Assembly (NCBI GenBank): GCA_051294375.1
Contig: JBJCIZ010000239.1
Coordinates: forward strand, 5,695,591-5,721,134
Reading direction: 5' to 3'
Source: Paraspadella gotoi
Taxonomy: Eukaryota; Animalia; Chaetognatha
Length of the DNA stretch: 25,544 bases
The notes beneath the pieces are model-generated. The model did not search any database. It was given only the letters and a program-made list of their open reading frames with translations, and had not been told where the DNA came from. Every line of letters starts with the position of its first letter. The stretch's first letter is position 1. Below are positions 10,978-22,680 of this stretch, one piece after another. Position numbers and translations under genes: made by a program.

Positions 10978-11195
10978 GTGTTAGTGACAGAAATCCGTTC
11001 ATGTATACAGTCCCCTGAGCTTCGGATCAAGCGCCTGTAACACCACTGTAACAGGCGGGTAGCGCACCGACCCTGCTTAAACTAGCCTGACGACCACCGG
11101 GCCACGAACCCCGAGCCTTTGGTTTGGGACGGGCGAGATGATTGGCCTCCGGCACCAATGCCCGATGAACGGTTGGTTGATTTTAGTCCACCATA
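10978..11195 (-). mobile_element. tRNA-like/twister element, copy 3
   Basis: cagtcccctgagcttcggatca...acaggcgggtagcgcaccgaccc...cgaccaccgggccacgaacccc; minus-strand B-box-like GGTTCGTGGCCC. Confidence 0.75.
11006..11088 (-). ncRNA. Putative type-P5 twister ribozyme, copy 3
   Basis: L4 UCCGAAGC, P3 CUGUUACA...UGUUACAG and the 3' P5 strand GACUG are retained; several indels or substitutions near the core. Confidence 0.55.
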
Positions 11196-11947
11196 GTTTA
11201 TTTAATTTAAGTTAAAAGATTTAGGATGAATTTGGCTTAAGAATCTAGGGCATTTACGGGTTTAGGTTTAGGGACTAGCAAATTTGTTTAGAGGTTAGGG
11301 GTGAGGAATAAAGTTAGAGATTGTTGATGAACTTAAAAAAATAATTTAGATTAAATTTAGGTAATAATTATTATTATTCATCCTTTATGGTATACTGGTT
11401 TTGAGAAAATAAATATAAATAAAATCGTAGGAAAGCGACTTACGTTGCATCGAATCTGATGGAGGACAGAAGAAAAACGATAAAAACGTGACTCTGTCTC
11501 TCTCTCTCTCTCGGTCATCTCTTTCTATCACATATCTATCTATCTCCTCTCTCTCCAATGGACCAAAAAATGGAAAGGAAAGAAAAATGACATTCTGCAA
11601 TGAGTGGATCCGCGTTGCGGTTTCGACGGCAACGAACGTTTCGGGGGAAAAGAGGTTGAAAAATATTGGAGAAGAGAGAGAGACACGAGCAGAATAGACG
11701 GAGAAGGTCTATATCTAGAAAAAAATTGAAAATCGAAATCAAAAAAAAATTGGATAATCGGATAAACATTTTGTAGTAAAAAAAATTGGTAATTCTAAAT
11801 CATTAATGAATAATAAAGAACATATTAACAACAATTTGAATCCTTTAAAATGAATAATTGACAAAAATATAAATTACGTACATCGAGAACACAAAAAAAT
11901 TAATTAACAATGATTTAAAAAAAAAAAAAAAAACTGAAATGGTAAAG

Positions 11948-12316
11948 AAACATGATCGTTCATCAATGTGTTGCGCAACAGTGTACTTTTTGTGACATAA
12001 CATGCGCAACATGATAAGGATTAGCATCACTACAATAACTTTCTGAAGGCCTGTGTCATTATGACACGTAGTGGCATCGGAATTCATCTTTTATTATTTC
12101 AGTTTTAGTATTTCCTGAAAATCAGTCCTGAGATTTGAGGTTTTTTCTCGTCTCAACAAATTAGCAGGTATGTGCAAATTATGTTCATTTTTAACGTAAG
12201 TAGGACCGACCAAAATGGCAAACATACCGACTGAGAAACCGACAACCGACCCGACAGACCGATTCCGAAAAGTGACTTATAGAAGTGCTCGATGAGTACT
12301 TGCGGCGCAACTAAAA
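11948..12316 (-). mobile_element. Possible DINE-1/HINE-like non-autonomous Helentron element
   Basis: Minus strand starts TTTTAGTTGCGC, then hairpin 12283-12301 (AAGTGCTC/GAGTACTT on plus), then a (GTCG/GTCT)n tract. GTTGCGC recurs within palindrome tgttgcgcaaca (11969-11980) near the other end. Confidence 0.4.
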
Positions 12317-12496
12317 GACCAAGGAGATCTTAGATTAAGGAAATCAGTATAAGATTACAGCAAAACGAAAAATAAAAAAAACGAAAAAGAAAGAAAAAGA
12401 AAAAAAAAGGACAAAAAGAAAGAAAGAGAGAAAAAAAAAAGTTCGCTGAAACCCAAGACTGGAAGGAGGCAGAAAGCTCGGAAGTCAGATAATGTG

Positions 12497-13190
12497 ACGG
12501 GAGAGAAGAGAGAAGAGAGAGAAAGAGAGAGAGAGGGGAGAAAAGTAAAAACCAAAGAGCATTAAACTAAAAAAATAAAAAAAAAAATTGCAAACAAAAC
12601 AACGCCAGTAGTAAAATAATCCAAAATTAATTATTTTTAACATTACTTGTATCACAAGTTATTTAAGTGTACCGGAGGCTTCTGCACCACTGCTGTGCAC
12701 AGTGCTTCACACCTGTCTCTATATTCTCAGGCTCTCTTCGCTAAAATCTAATTTTCCTGGAAAAAAAATAAAGAACTACGGTTTTCCTTCTCCCTTCTCA
12801 CTTTGATTTTCAACCGATTCTAACATCAAGCATAACGGGCAGAGAAAGAGAGAGAGAGAGAAAGACAGAGAAAAGAGGGAGAGAGTAGGGAGAGGAAAGT
12901 AAACCAAATAGCATGTAAATAAAAATAAAAAAAATTGCAAACAAAACAACGCCAGTAGTAAAATTAAACACCAAAATTATTATTTAACATACTGTAAATC
13001 CACAGTTATTTAAGTGATACCAGAGGACTTTGCACACTGGCTGTGCACGAGTGCCTTCCACCTCACGTCTCTATATCTCAGGGGTCCCTTCGGCTAAAAT
13101 CAATTTTCCTGGAAAAAAATAAATAAAGAAACTCGGTTTTCCTTGTCCTCGTCTCAGCTTTGATTTCAAACTCGATTCTAACTCCAGCAT
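12497..13190 (+). repeat. ~340-bp tandem duplication at the satellite entry
   Basis: acgggagagaag...gcaaacaaaacaacgccagtagtaaaa...tttgatttcaactcgattctaactccagcat occurs at ~12497-12832 and ~12834-13190. Copy A keeps the junction (570-611) and one full unit (611-950). Confidence 0.88.
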
Positions 13191-15410
13191 ACTCGATTCC
13201 CAACCCATCAGATAAACTTGATTCCAACCCATCGACTAACTCTATATCAACCCCATCAGCAAAACTCGATATTCTAACTCCATCGTCTAACACTCTATTC
13301 CAACCCCACAGCAAACTCGATTCTAACTCATCGTAAACTCTATCCACCACATCAGCAAAACTCGATTCTAACTCCATTCATCGTAAACTCTATTCAAACC
13401 ACATCAGCAAAACTCGAATCTAACTCCATCGTCTAACTCTATTCCCAACCCCATCAGATAAACTTGATTCTAACTCCATCGACTAAACTCTATCCAACCC
13501 TTCAGCAAACCCTCGATTCTAACTCATCGTCTAAACTCTATTCCAACCCCATCAGCAAAACTCGATTCTAATCCCAATCGTCTAAACATCTATTCCAACC
13601 CACATCAGCAAAACTCGATTTCTAATCCAATCATCTAACTCTATTCCAACCATCATCAGCAAAAATCGATCTAACTCCATCATCTAAACTCTATTCCAAC
13701 CCCATCAGCAAAAACTCGATTCTAAACTCCATCGTCTAAACCTATCAAACCCATCAGCAAAACTCGATTTCTAATCCAACTGTCTAAACTCTTATTCCAA
13801 CCCCATCAGCAATGATTCTAAACTCCAAGTTACGATTCCCCCATAGCAAACTGATCTAACCATCGTCTAAACTCATTCCAACCCCATCAAGCAAAACTCG
13901 ATTCCTTTAACTCCAATCGTCTAAACCTATTCCTGACCCCATCAGCAAAACTTCGATTCTAATCCATCGTCTAAACTCTATTACAGCCACCCAATCAGCA
14001 AGAACTCGATTCTAACTCCATCGTCTAAACTCTATCCAACCACAATTCAGCAAAACTCGATTCTAACTCCATCATCTAAAACTCTATTCCAACCACATCA
14101 GCAAAACTCGATCTTCTAACTCCATCCGTCTAAACTCTATCGCAACCCCATCAGAAAAATCTTGATCTAACTCCATCGACTAACTCTCATTGCCAAGTCC
14201 CCTTCAGCAAAACTTCGATCTAACTCCATCATCTAATACTCTATTGCCAACCTTCGCATCAGCAAACCCGATTCTAACCATCGTCTAAACTCTCATTCCA
14301 AACCACATCAGCAAACTCGATTCTAACTCCGATCATCTAAACTCTATTCCAACCCCATCAGCACAAAATTCGAGTCTAAACTCATCAATCATAAAACTCT
14401 ATTGCGAACCCCATCAGCAAAAACTCCGATCCTAACTCAATCCGTCTAAACTCTATTCAACCCGCCATCAGCAAAACTCGATTCTAACTCCATCTCTATA
14501 ACCTCTATTCAAAACCCCATCAGCAAAACTCGATTCTAACTCATCGTCTAAACTCTATTCCAACCCCATCAGCAAAACTTGATGCTAACTGCCATCGTTC
14601 TAAACTCTAGTTCCAACCCATCAGCAAAACTCGATTCTAACTCCAATCGTCTAAACTCTCATTCCAACCCATCAGCAAAAAACTCGATTCTAACTCCATC
14701 GTCTAAACTCTATTCCAACCAATCAGCCAAAACTCGATTTCTAACTCCATTCATCTAAACTCTATTCCAACCCCAGCACAATAACTCGATTCCTAACTCC
14801 ATCGTTTAAACTCTATTCAACCATCAGCAACAACTCGATTCTAACTCACTCGTCTAAACTCTATTCCAACCCTCAATCAGGCAAAATTTCGATTCTAACT
14901 CCATCGTCCTAAACTCTATTCCAACCCATCAGCAAAAATTCGATTCTAACATCCATCGTCTAAAACTCTATTCCAACCCCATCAGCAAAAACTCGATTCT
15001 AAACTCCATCATGCTAAAAAACTCTATCCAACACATCAGCAAAACTCGATTCTACTCATCGTCTAATCTATTCCAACCACATCAGCAAAAACTCGATTTC
15101 TAACTCATCACTAAACTCTAATTCCAACCCATCAGCAAAATTCCGATTCTAACCCATCGTCTAAACCTATTCAAACCCCATCAGCAAAATTCGCAATTCT
15201 AAACATCCATCGTCTAAACTCTATTCCAACCCCATCAGGCAAAACTCGATTCTAACTCATAATCTAGAACTCGTATTCCAACGACATCACAAAAACTCGA
15301 TTCTAAACTCCATCGTTCTAAACTCTATTCGCAACAATCAAGACAAACTCGATTCTAACCTCCATCATCTAACTCTATTCCAACCCCATCAGCTAAACTG
15401 ATTCTTATCA
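13165..15410 (+). repeat. 50-bp satellite array, copy B
   Basis: Same consensus and same order of variant units as 925-3195. Confidence 0.95.
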
Positions 15411-16203
15411 CCAACTTAAGTGATATTTTTATTTTAATCCAATCATTTTCACATCACGGGTTCAATTTTTTTAAAAATATTATGTTTTCTTGTTTTTTTT
15501 TCTTGTTTTGCCAAAAATAAAACTAGGAAAAAAAATGCGTGATTTTGAAAATTCATTCAGTCTGTCTGTCCGTAGGCTATCCCACTCTGTAGGAAGGTAA
15601 TGGCAGCCATATAGTCCTTTAATATATCTTATATAGTCATACTTGTGAAGTCACTGTGATTATTTAATAAAATTAATCACTATGAAAAAATTCTTAGCCG
15701 CACTTATTGATGCTTCTTTTGTTATTTTGTCTGCCTCGAATCTTAAGTGACAATCTTACGGGCTAGCTTGTTGTTTTTAAACTCAAAAAGTACGAAGAAT
15801 TGTTAAAGAATAAAAGACTTGTTCGATGCAGTGACTGTGAACTTTCATGGAATATCACGTAATAAAAAGTCACTGCTGCCCAACCACAATTCGGAATCTC
15901 TATTCTTGTTTTCTTCTTTTTTTTGCCCGCCCGACGTTGATAATATTAATAAGAAGGGAATTACGGTGTGAGTGCGAAATTAAGGAATTTGTTTTTTCCT
16001 CGACGTGTATGCGTGGAAGAGAGGTGATGAGAGGAAGAGAGAAAAAACAGAAAAAAAAAGAAGAGAAAAGGAAGAAGAAGAAAGGAAAGGAAGGAAAGGA
16101 AAGGAAAGAAAAGAAGAGGAGGAAAATAAGGAAATAAAAGAAGGAAGAAAGACAAAAAATAAATTGCTGATGTTTGTGAATCTTGTGAGAAAGAGTGGTG
16201 TGT

Positions 16204-16234
<31 letters not shown>

Positions 16235-16388
16235 CGAGAGAAAGGGGAGAGAGTGAGATGTCACTTGAGCTTCAAAGACGCAATCAAAAAATGGCAGATC
16301 CCATTTTTTTTTTTTTTTTTTTGGTTGAAAAATAAAAAAAATGAATTCAACAAATATTGATGCTTGGGAAGAGGGAGGGAGGGAAGAG

Positions 16389-16434
<46 letters not shown>

Positions 16435-18808
16435 GAGAGAGAGAGTTAGAAACCACTTTTTTGCCCCCAACTGGTTCAAAATGATACATTATGAGAAAAA
16501 AAGAAGAAAACAGAGTCCGAAAAAGGAAAAAAAGACGCCAGGGGAAGTGAATGAACGATGAAAAGTGTTGAATGATGATGAATGAATGAATGAATGAATG
16601 AATGAATGAATGAATGAATAAATCAGTTGAATGAATAAATGAATAAATGAATAAATTGATTCGATGAATGAATCAATATTGAATAAAAAAATGAAATTAA
16701 TTAATAAATTATGAATAATATAATTAATAAAGAATAAATAATCATGAAAAAATAAATGAAATTTATGAAATAAATAAATAATGTGAATTAAATGAATGAA
16801 TGACAACCGAGACCGATGAATAACGACAACAATGAAACGAATTTCAAAAAAACGCGTTAAAAAAAACAAAAAACAAAAAAAAAACAAAAAAACAAAAAGA
16901 GTCGACGATTCAGAGGGAAAACAAAAATAAAACGATGAGATTGTTTTTCTTACGGCGTCGTTGAAAACACCGACGGCGTCCCATTTGGCACAGCGTAGCG
17001 GGATAATTTGAGCTGCGTAGCGCGGGTTGCTAAATGGCAAGCGGGCTGAGCGGCGTTTAAAATGGAGCTGCGTAGCGCGCCGCGCTTAATGGCTCGAGTG
17101 CGCAGGGCGTAGCGCGAGGTGCTAAATGGCATGAGTGCGAAGCGTCCTCTTCGCCTTGCGACGTTGCGATTGTAGCGTGCTGCGTAAGCGGTTTGTGCTG
17201 CGTAGCTGTTGTCCGCGCTACAAGTCTTCGAGGCGATACGGAAGGAAAGAAAGAAAGAAAAAAAAAGCGCTATTATGGGATTGCAGAGAGAGAGAGGGAA
17301 AGAGAGAGAGAGAGCGAGAGAGAGAGAGAGAGAGAGACTTTAAATGTTATAGTATAGTATTAGTATGTAACAATTTCATGTCACGGAAGTCAAGTAAAAA
17401 GATAGAACGGAGAGGGAATTAGAGATGAAATAAGATTTACATACATTATAAAGAAGAGGAGGGAGGTAGAATACATTTACAGACATGTTATGAGAGAGGG
17501 AATATGAACATATATCAAGACATTTTTGGGAAAATGAACGTGTTTTTATTGTGAATGAATCTTAAATGGACTCTAAATAATATAAATATATTTAATTATT
17601 AATCTAAGGTATTAGGTATGAGAGATTAACAGGATTGTTCCGTAGGATTTGTTTGGGTTCTAGTCTAGAATAAATATTTTATGATAATACAAAGTAGCCA
17701 ACTGCCAAGATGTGGATGGAAATTGGATCTTTATGAATCGATGACAATGAGAATAGCGTGGGGAACATGAGGCTTCCAATCGATCCACTCCACGCTTCGG
17801 ATTCCGGTCAAAACCTCAGGCGGGGCTGAGGGCACTCTTAAAAAACTGCGCGGGTGAGACATAAGGAGCTTAGAAGCTTCTCACAAGTCAATTTCGGATG
17901 ATAAATAATATGTTGTGTAGGAAGTATTTTTCTCTCACCAACTGAAGGATAAAAATAACAGTTTTCGTGAACATGACATAAGAGGGGGACGTTTAGTATA
18001 GCGCATTGTTTGATAAATCTGTCCAATCACTTAAGATTAGACCTCAGTTAGAAACTTATTTACTGACATCGTTAAATATTACGCAGAACGCTCGTTCTTC
18101 GTCTAATAATGGTTTGCACGGAGATAGGCCAGCATAAGAAGAAAACGCTTTCTCTCTTTTTCCAGTTATATATAACTCACATTGAATCTTTCACTCAATC
18201 ATACATACAAAATATTTATAAATTAATCTGCTATCTCCTCCATCAAATCTACTCTCATCTTCTCTCTCTATATCTACTCATACTGTACAACTCACCTTGA
18301 AGCCGGAGGCTCGTCTTTCTCTTCATATATCAATATACATAGCAACATTAAATACATGCGTTATAGTACGAACTTATTCTATTTTATCCCGGCCTCTCCT
18401 ACCCCCCATCTCCTATAGCCTCACTTGCTTGCATCCACGCTAGCAGCCACGCATATTCGCTGCGCGACCGTCTGAAAATAAAGAGACTGTGAAGCGAGGC
18501 GCGCCCCCTGCCTCTCCTGGATTGACCACAGCTCTTGTGCAGGGACCTCCTATGTCGTACTTTACTCACGTTAAGGCACGTAGTATGGATTGGGTCGTTT
18601 ACAAGCCCCCACCCGATATAGATGCTCCTGTGCCCACAAGGCTCGAACTCTATTTTGTCATTAATCTCTGTACTGTTTTGTTTGTATTTTATAGGATCTT
18701 TATTATGAAAGTTTGTGTTTTCGTAATAAATAATAAAACATAATATAATAATAAATAATAATATTAATAATAATATAATAATAATAAATAATAATAATAA
18801 TAATAATA

Positions 18809-18849
<41 letters not shown>

Positions 18850-18975
18850 AAGAATTCCGGCGGCTTGGTTTTGTGAACGTGGCCAACAAAGANNNNNNNN
18901 NNNNNNNNNNNNNNNNNAGTAAAAGCCCAATGGGGGGAAAAAAAGCATAGCAGGAAAGGCAGCAAATGAGGCATA

Positions 18976-19039
<64 letters not shown>

Positions 19040-19516
19040 AATTCTCTCTCCTCTCTCTCTCTATTCTCTTCTCTCTCGACACCTGGCCGACCTTCTCTTT
19101 CAATCTGACCTCGTCAATCCCTTTCTTTTTCCGCCTCTCCTAACCCCCCATATGCCCCCGCCTGGCTCCTTTTTTCACGACAAGACTTTTTGACCGATTC
19201 ACGTTATTTTCTTTTTCCAAGTCGTTGATCGTTTTGTTTTGTTTATAATTACTTATAGGTATAATATAGGTATTTTATTTTAAACTTTTGCCAATCTAAA
19301 CCTCCTCTAAACCTTTTCTAAACCTCCTCTAAACCTCCCTGATTGCTCATTGAGAATTGTAAGACAGAAAAGCCAATAGGGGCAAGCTGCTTGATAAATA
19401 AAATCTATCCGTCTATTCCCTGCGGTTATATGGAATAACAACTTTGTCTTTGTCATTCTTGTCAGCCTTTTCGTCATGTAGTTGTCGGCCATGACGTCGT
19501 CGTCGTTGTCAGCTCT

Positions 19517-19549
<33 letters not shown>

Positions 19550-19777
19550 TTCGCTGAGTCAGACGGCGTCAGCAAAATATAATTGAAGGAAACTGAAAAA
19601 AAAATAGAAAAGATAAAAAACAAACGAAAAACAGACAAACTGAGCCAAAAAAAAAAACAAAACAGAGAAAAAAAGAAAAAAAAACATAGAGAGAAAAAAA
19701 CAGAAAAGATGAATTTTTTCGTCGAAATTCGCCGATAGCTCAGCTGTCGTCGTTGCTGTCGTCCTCGTCGTTTTTGT

Positions 19778-19866
19778 TGACTTGACTTGACTTGACTTGA
19801 CTTGACTTGACTTGACTTGACTTGACTTGACTTGACTTGACTTGACTTGACTTGACTTGACTTGAC
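19778..19866 (+). repeat. (GACTT)n microsatellite
   Basis: About 17 perfect units. Confidence 0.95.
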
Positions 19867-20465
19867 AGGCCTTCGTCCACCGAGGGACTAACTCACTCTC
19901 AAAGCTGACAACAGTGCTTTGAGAGGCTGCAGCCAGAATGTCGTTTAAAAAGGGTGAGGAAAGATAGAGTGAGAGAGAGAGGGAGAGAGGGAAGGGGGAA
20001 AATTGAAGGGGAGGAAGAGGGGAGAGGTGATCACTGATCACTAATCACTGACCAGGTCGGCTGGGCCTGGCCCACTCCGTTACTCAAGAAACAGATCGAG
20101 ATTCAGCCTTTCGGCTTTTCCTTCGTTTTTGTCGTCGTCGTCGTCGTCGTCGTTTCATTCTTAGTGGACGTTTTGTTCTTTGAAGTATAATCATTTATAA
20201 TCATTTATAATCATTTACTTTCAGCTTCGGCTCCCTGACTGGAATTTCCCCATCGGTCGTGAGCAGCAGCTTCTTCAAAGTTCAATCCATATTCATCATC
20301 GTCATCATCATCATCATCATCGTCATCATCATCATCATCATCGTCATCAAATTCTATTTTTTTCCAAATTTGTTCATTTGTTAATCACGTGACTTCTGGT
20401 CACTTCTTTGTCCCGACGTTTTAGTTCTCCACTTCAACTTTACCATTCTGCAGTCATGTGTCTAT

Positions 20466-20521
<56 letters not shown>

Positions 20522-20703
20522 TAATTTCTCTTTACATTCACCCTGTACTCAAATCCCAATTCTCTTTCCTTCTCTCTCCTTTTATTTCCCCATACCCATT
20601 ACCCATGACAGTATTCTTGTTCTGCTCGTTTGATCTCACTTTTTCCTTTTTCCTATTATGATTTCTCTGCCACCCAATCCCACGCAAACTTCCCAATGAA
20701 GGA

Positions 20704-21076
20704 AGCCATATTTTCTAAGAACGCCCCGTTTAATCCTAAATTCGGAATAAGGTTAATTCTTTTATTTTTAAAATTAGGTTGGAAGTTAGCGTTAGTGATT
20801 AGTGATTAGAGATTAGTGATTAGATATTAGTCGAATGATTATGGTTAGGGATTAGGGTTAGTTATTAGTATTAGAAATTAGGGTTTAAAAGTTAGTGAAT
20901 AGGGTTAGAAATTATGCGGAAGCATTTAGGGTCAGGGTTAATGACTAGCTTATAATTTAAGATTAGGTCTGGGAATCGGGTTAAAAATCAAAGAACATAT
21001 TTAGGTTAAATACTAAGATTAAAATCAAATTCAGGAATAAAGCAACAGAAATGGGCCACTCTGAGAACAGAGAGCC
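20704..21076 (+). mobile_element. MITE-like element with TTAGGG-like interior
   Basis: Left end agccatattttctaagaacgccccgtttaatcctaaatt resembles the reverse complement of the right end, ggctctctgttctcagagtggcccattt...attcctgaattt. Confidence 0.6.
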
Positions 21077-21361
21077 ACTCTTTAACCCCCTCTTCCCCCT
21101 TCTCCACCCCCCCCACCCCAATACATCCCTCCCTCTCTTCGGAGAAAACAAAACTGTTTTTCCGCCTTCAAAAAAAAAAATTGTAGAAATTCGATGGAAT
21201 ATTTTTTTTTTGGTTTGGCGTCGAGAATTTCCGGTTTCGTCGCGTCTTAATGGAAAACCCACTTTTTTTATTTTAATTTTCCAATTTTTCCCTTCTACTT
21301 TTTTTTTAATTTTTTTTTTGTGTATTTTTTGTCTGAAATTTTGAGTCAAATTTTTTTTTTT

Positions 21362-21639
21362 GGCTCTCTTTATCATTTAGGCCATTATTTAATTTTAACT
21401 TTAACATTTAACCGAAATATATTTTTAAACTTGTTAAGCAATCCTTAACTCAGATTCCTAATCCCAAACCCTAAACTAATCCTTAACTCTAATCCTAAAC
21501 CCTCATACCTAATCTTTTACCCTAAATGCTAGTCACTAACCAAGTCCCTATATAAGTGTAATAACTAACCAATGCCCTAGCCTAATATTTAACTTATTCC
21601 GAATCAAAGATAAAATGGGACATTCTGAGAAATAAGACC
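21362..21639 (-). mobile_element. MITE-like element, inverted orientation
   Basis: ggctctcttt...(ccctaa-like)n...gggacattctgagaaataagacc; termini match the 23862-24042 family. Confidence 0.6.
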
Positions 21640-21787
21640 CATTTTTTAAACTTTTGCTCAATTCTAGAAGTGTTTTTGGTTAGTTCGCGTGTTTCTTCTA
21701 GGTATATCTAAGTTTCAAAGCATTAGTTAGAAAATTAGTAAGGACCATAGTTATTGAATAATGTTAATGACAGAACCGTTCAATGTA

Positions 21788-21868
21788 AGACAGTCCCTGA
21801 GCTTCGAATCAGGCTGTAACACCATGTAACACAGGCGGGTTAAGCGCCCGTACCTCTTAACGATGCCT
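21788..21868 (-). ncRNA. Putative type-P5 twister ribozyme, copy 4
   Basis: P4 CCUGA/UCAGG with loop UUCGAAGC, 3' P5 strand GACUGUCU, and CGG-GCGC-UUAA-CCC-GC. The predicted catalytic G reads as U here (variant or read error). Confidence 0.58.
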
Positions 21869-21941
21869 GGCGACCACCGGCTAGAACCCCGGACCTTTGG
21901 TTTGGGAGGCGAATGACTAGCCTCCGGCACCAATAGCCACC
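21868..21941 (-). pseudogene. tRNA-derived/tRNA-like domain (not a functional tRNA)
   Basis: 74 nt. GGTGGCTA pairs with TGGTCGCC(A); T-arm-like CCGGG-GTTCTAG-CC(C)GG; TCGCCTCCCA resembles the tRNA-Gly(CCC) anticodon region. No proper D or anticodon stems. Confidence 0.6.
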
Positions 21942-22623
21942 GATGAACGCTAGGTGGATTTTAGTCCACCATATTATATTAATTGTTTTTGTCTGAAGAC
22001 TCAATTAAGTCTGCCTGTTGTCAAGTCTGAACCAGTTGGGCTTCGTTCGTGTCCCACTCCATCTCTGTTGGATGCACTCCCTCTCTCTCTTCACCCACGT
22101 CTCTTTCATCTTAACTCCATACAGTGTGTTCCAATGCTATTGACCCGTTAAATTTTAGATATCATGTGTAAATGAATAAATGTGTGCTGCATCTCCATCA
22201 TCTCTTGAAATAATCATGTCGAAAAATAATTTTCTCTGCCTTTCATCTACAATGAAATTATCTATTTCATAATAAAAATGTTATGCGATTTGTAAAATCG
22301 ATAAAAAATTATTTTACCATTAACTTACCATTAATTTTATCAGTAAATAAGTTAACTTTTTAAAAAATTTAGTGTTCCATATACTACAATGAATTTTATG
22401 TAGTTTTTCAGAGAAATAAATCCGGCAAGATATTTAGTATGAATTTAAATTGTTTTTGGTCTTCACTTGCTATAAAAAAATTAATGATTTAAAATAATAT
22501 TATTTAATTTATTGAGAAATTTATTGTTTTTTCAATTAATTAAATAATTTTAAATTTTTCATTTTCCTTATGGCAAGGAAAGAACAAAAACAATTCAAAT
22601 TTTAATCGTGTTTTTAATCAGGT

Positions 22624-22680
22624 ATACTACTACTTGAGTAGTACTAGTACTAATAGTAGTAGTACTAGTAGTACTAGTGT
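22624..22680. repeat. (TAG/TAC)n mixed, self-complementary microsatellite
   Basis: agtagtactagtactaatagtagtagtactagtagtactagt. Confidence 0.75.

Larger units (their letters stand above)
21760..21973 (-). mobile_element. tRNA-like/twister element, copy 4
   Basis: Hairpin GGTGGA/TCCACC at 21953-21970, tRNA-like domain at 21868-21941 and twister motif at 21788-21868. Confidence 0.78.
10975..22372 (+). repeat. Copy B of the ~11-12 kb direct duplication
   Basis: Same order of element, satellite, microsatellites, MITEs and second element as copy A. Carries an extra ~11580-12795 and lacks ~7167-7950. Confidence 0.92.

Noticed and set aside
15847-17422. Cluster of 60-183 aa ORFs
   Set aside because: Dominated by (GA)n, (TGAA)n and A-rich tracts; not conserved in copy A and no recognisable domain.
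21895-21930. HDV-like ribozyme suggested by GGCGAATG on the plus strand
   Set aside because: The motif lies in a simple GGAGGC/GCCTCC hairpin; I could not build the nested double pseudoknot.
21868-21941. Functional tRNA-Gly gene
   Set aside because: D and anticodon stems do not form, the T loop is non-canonical, and it sits inside a dispersed repeat.
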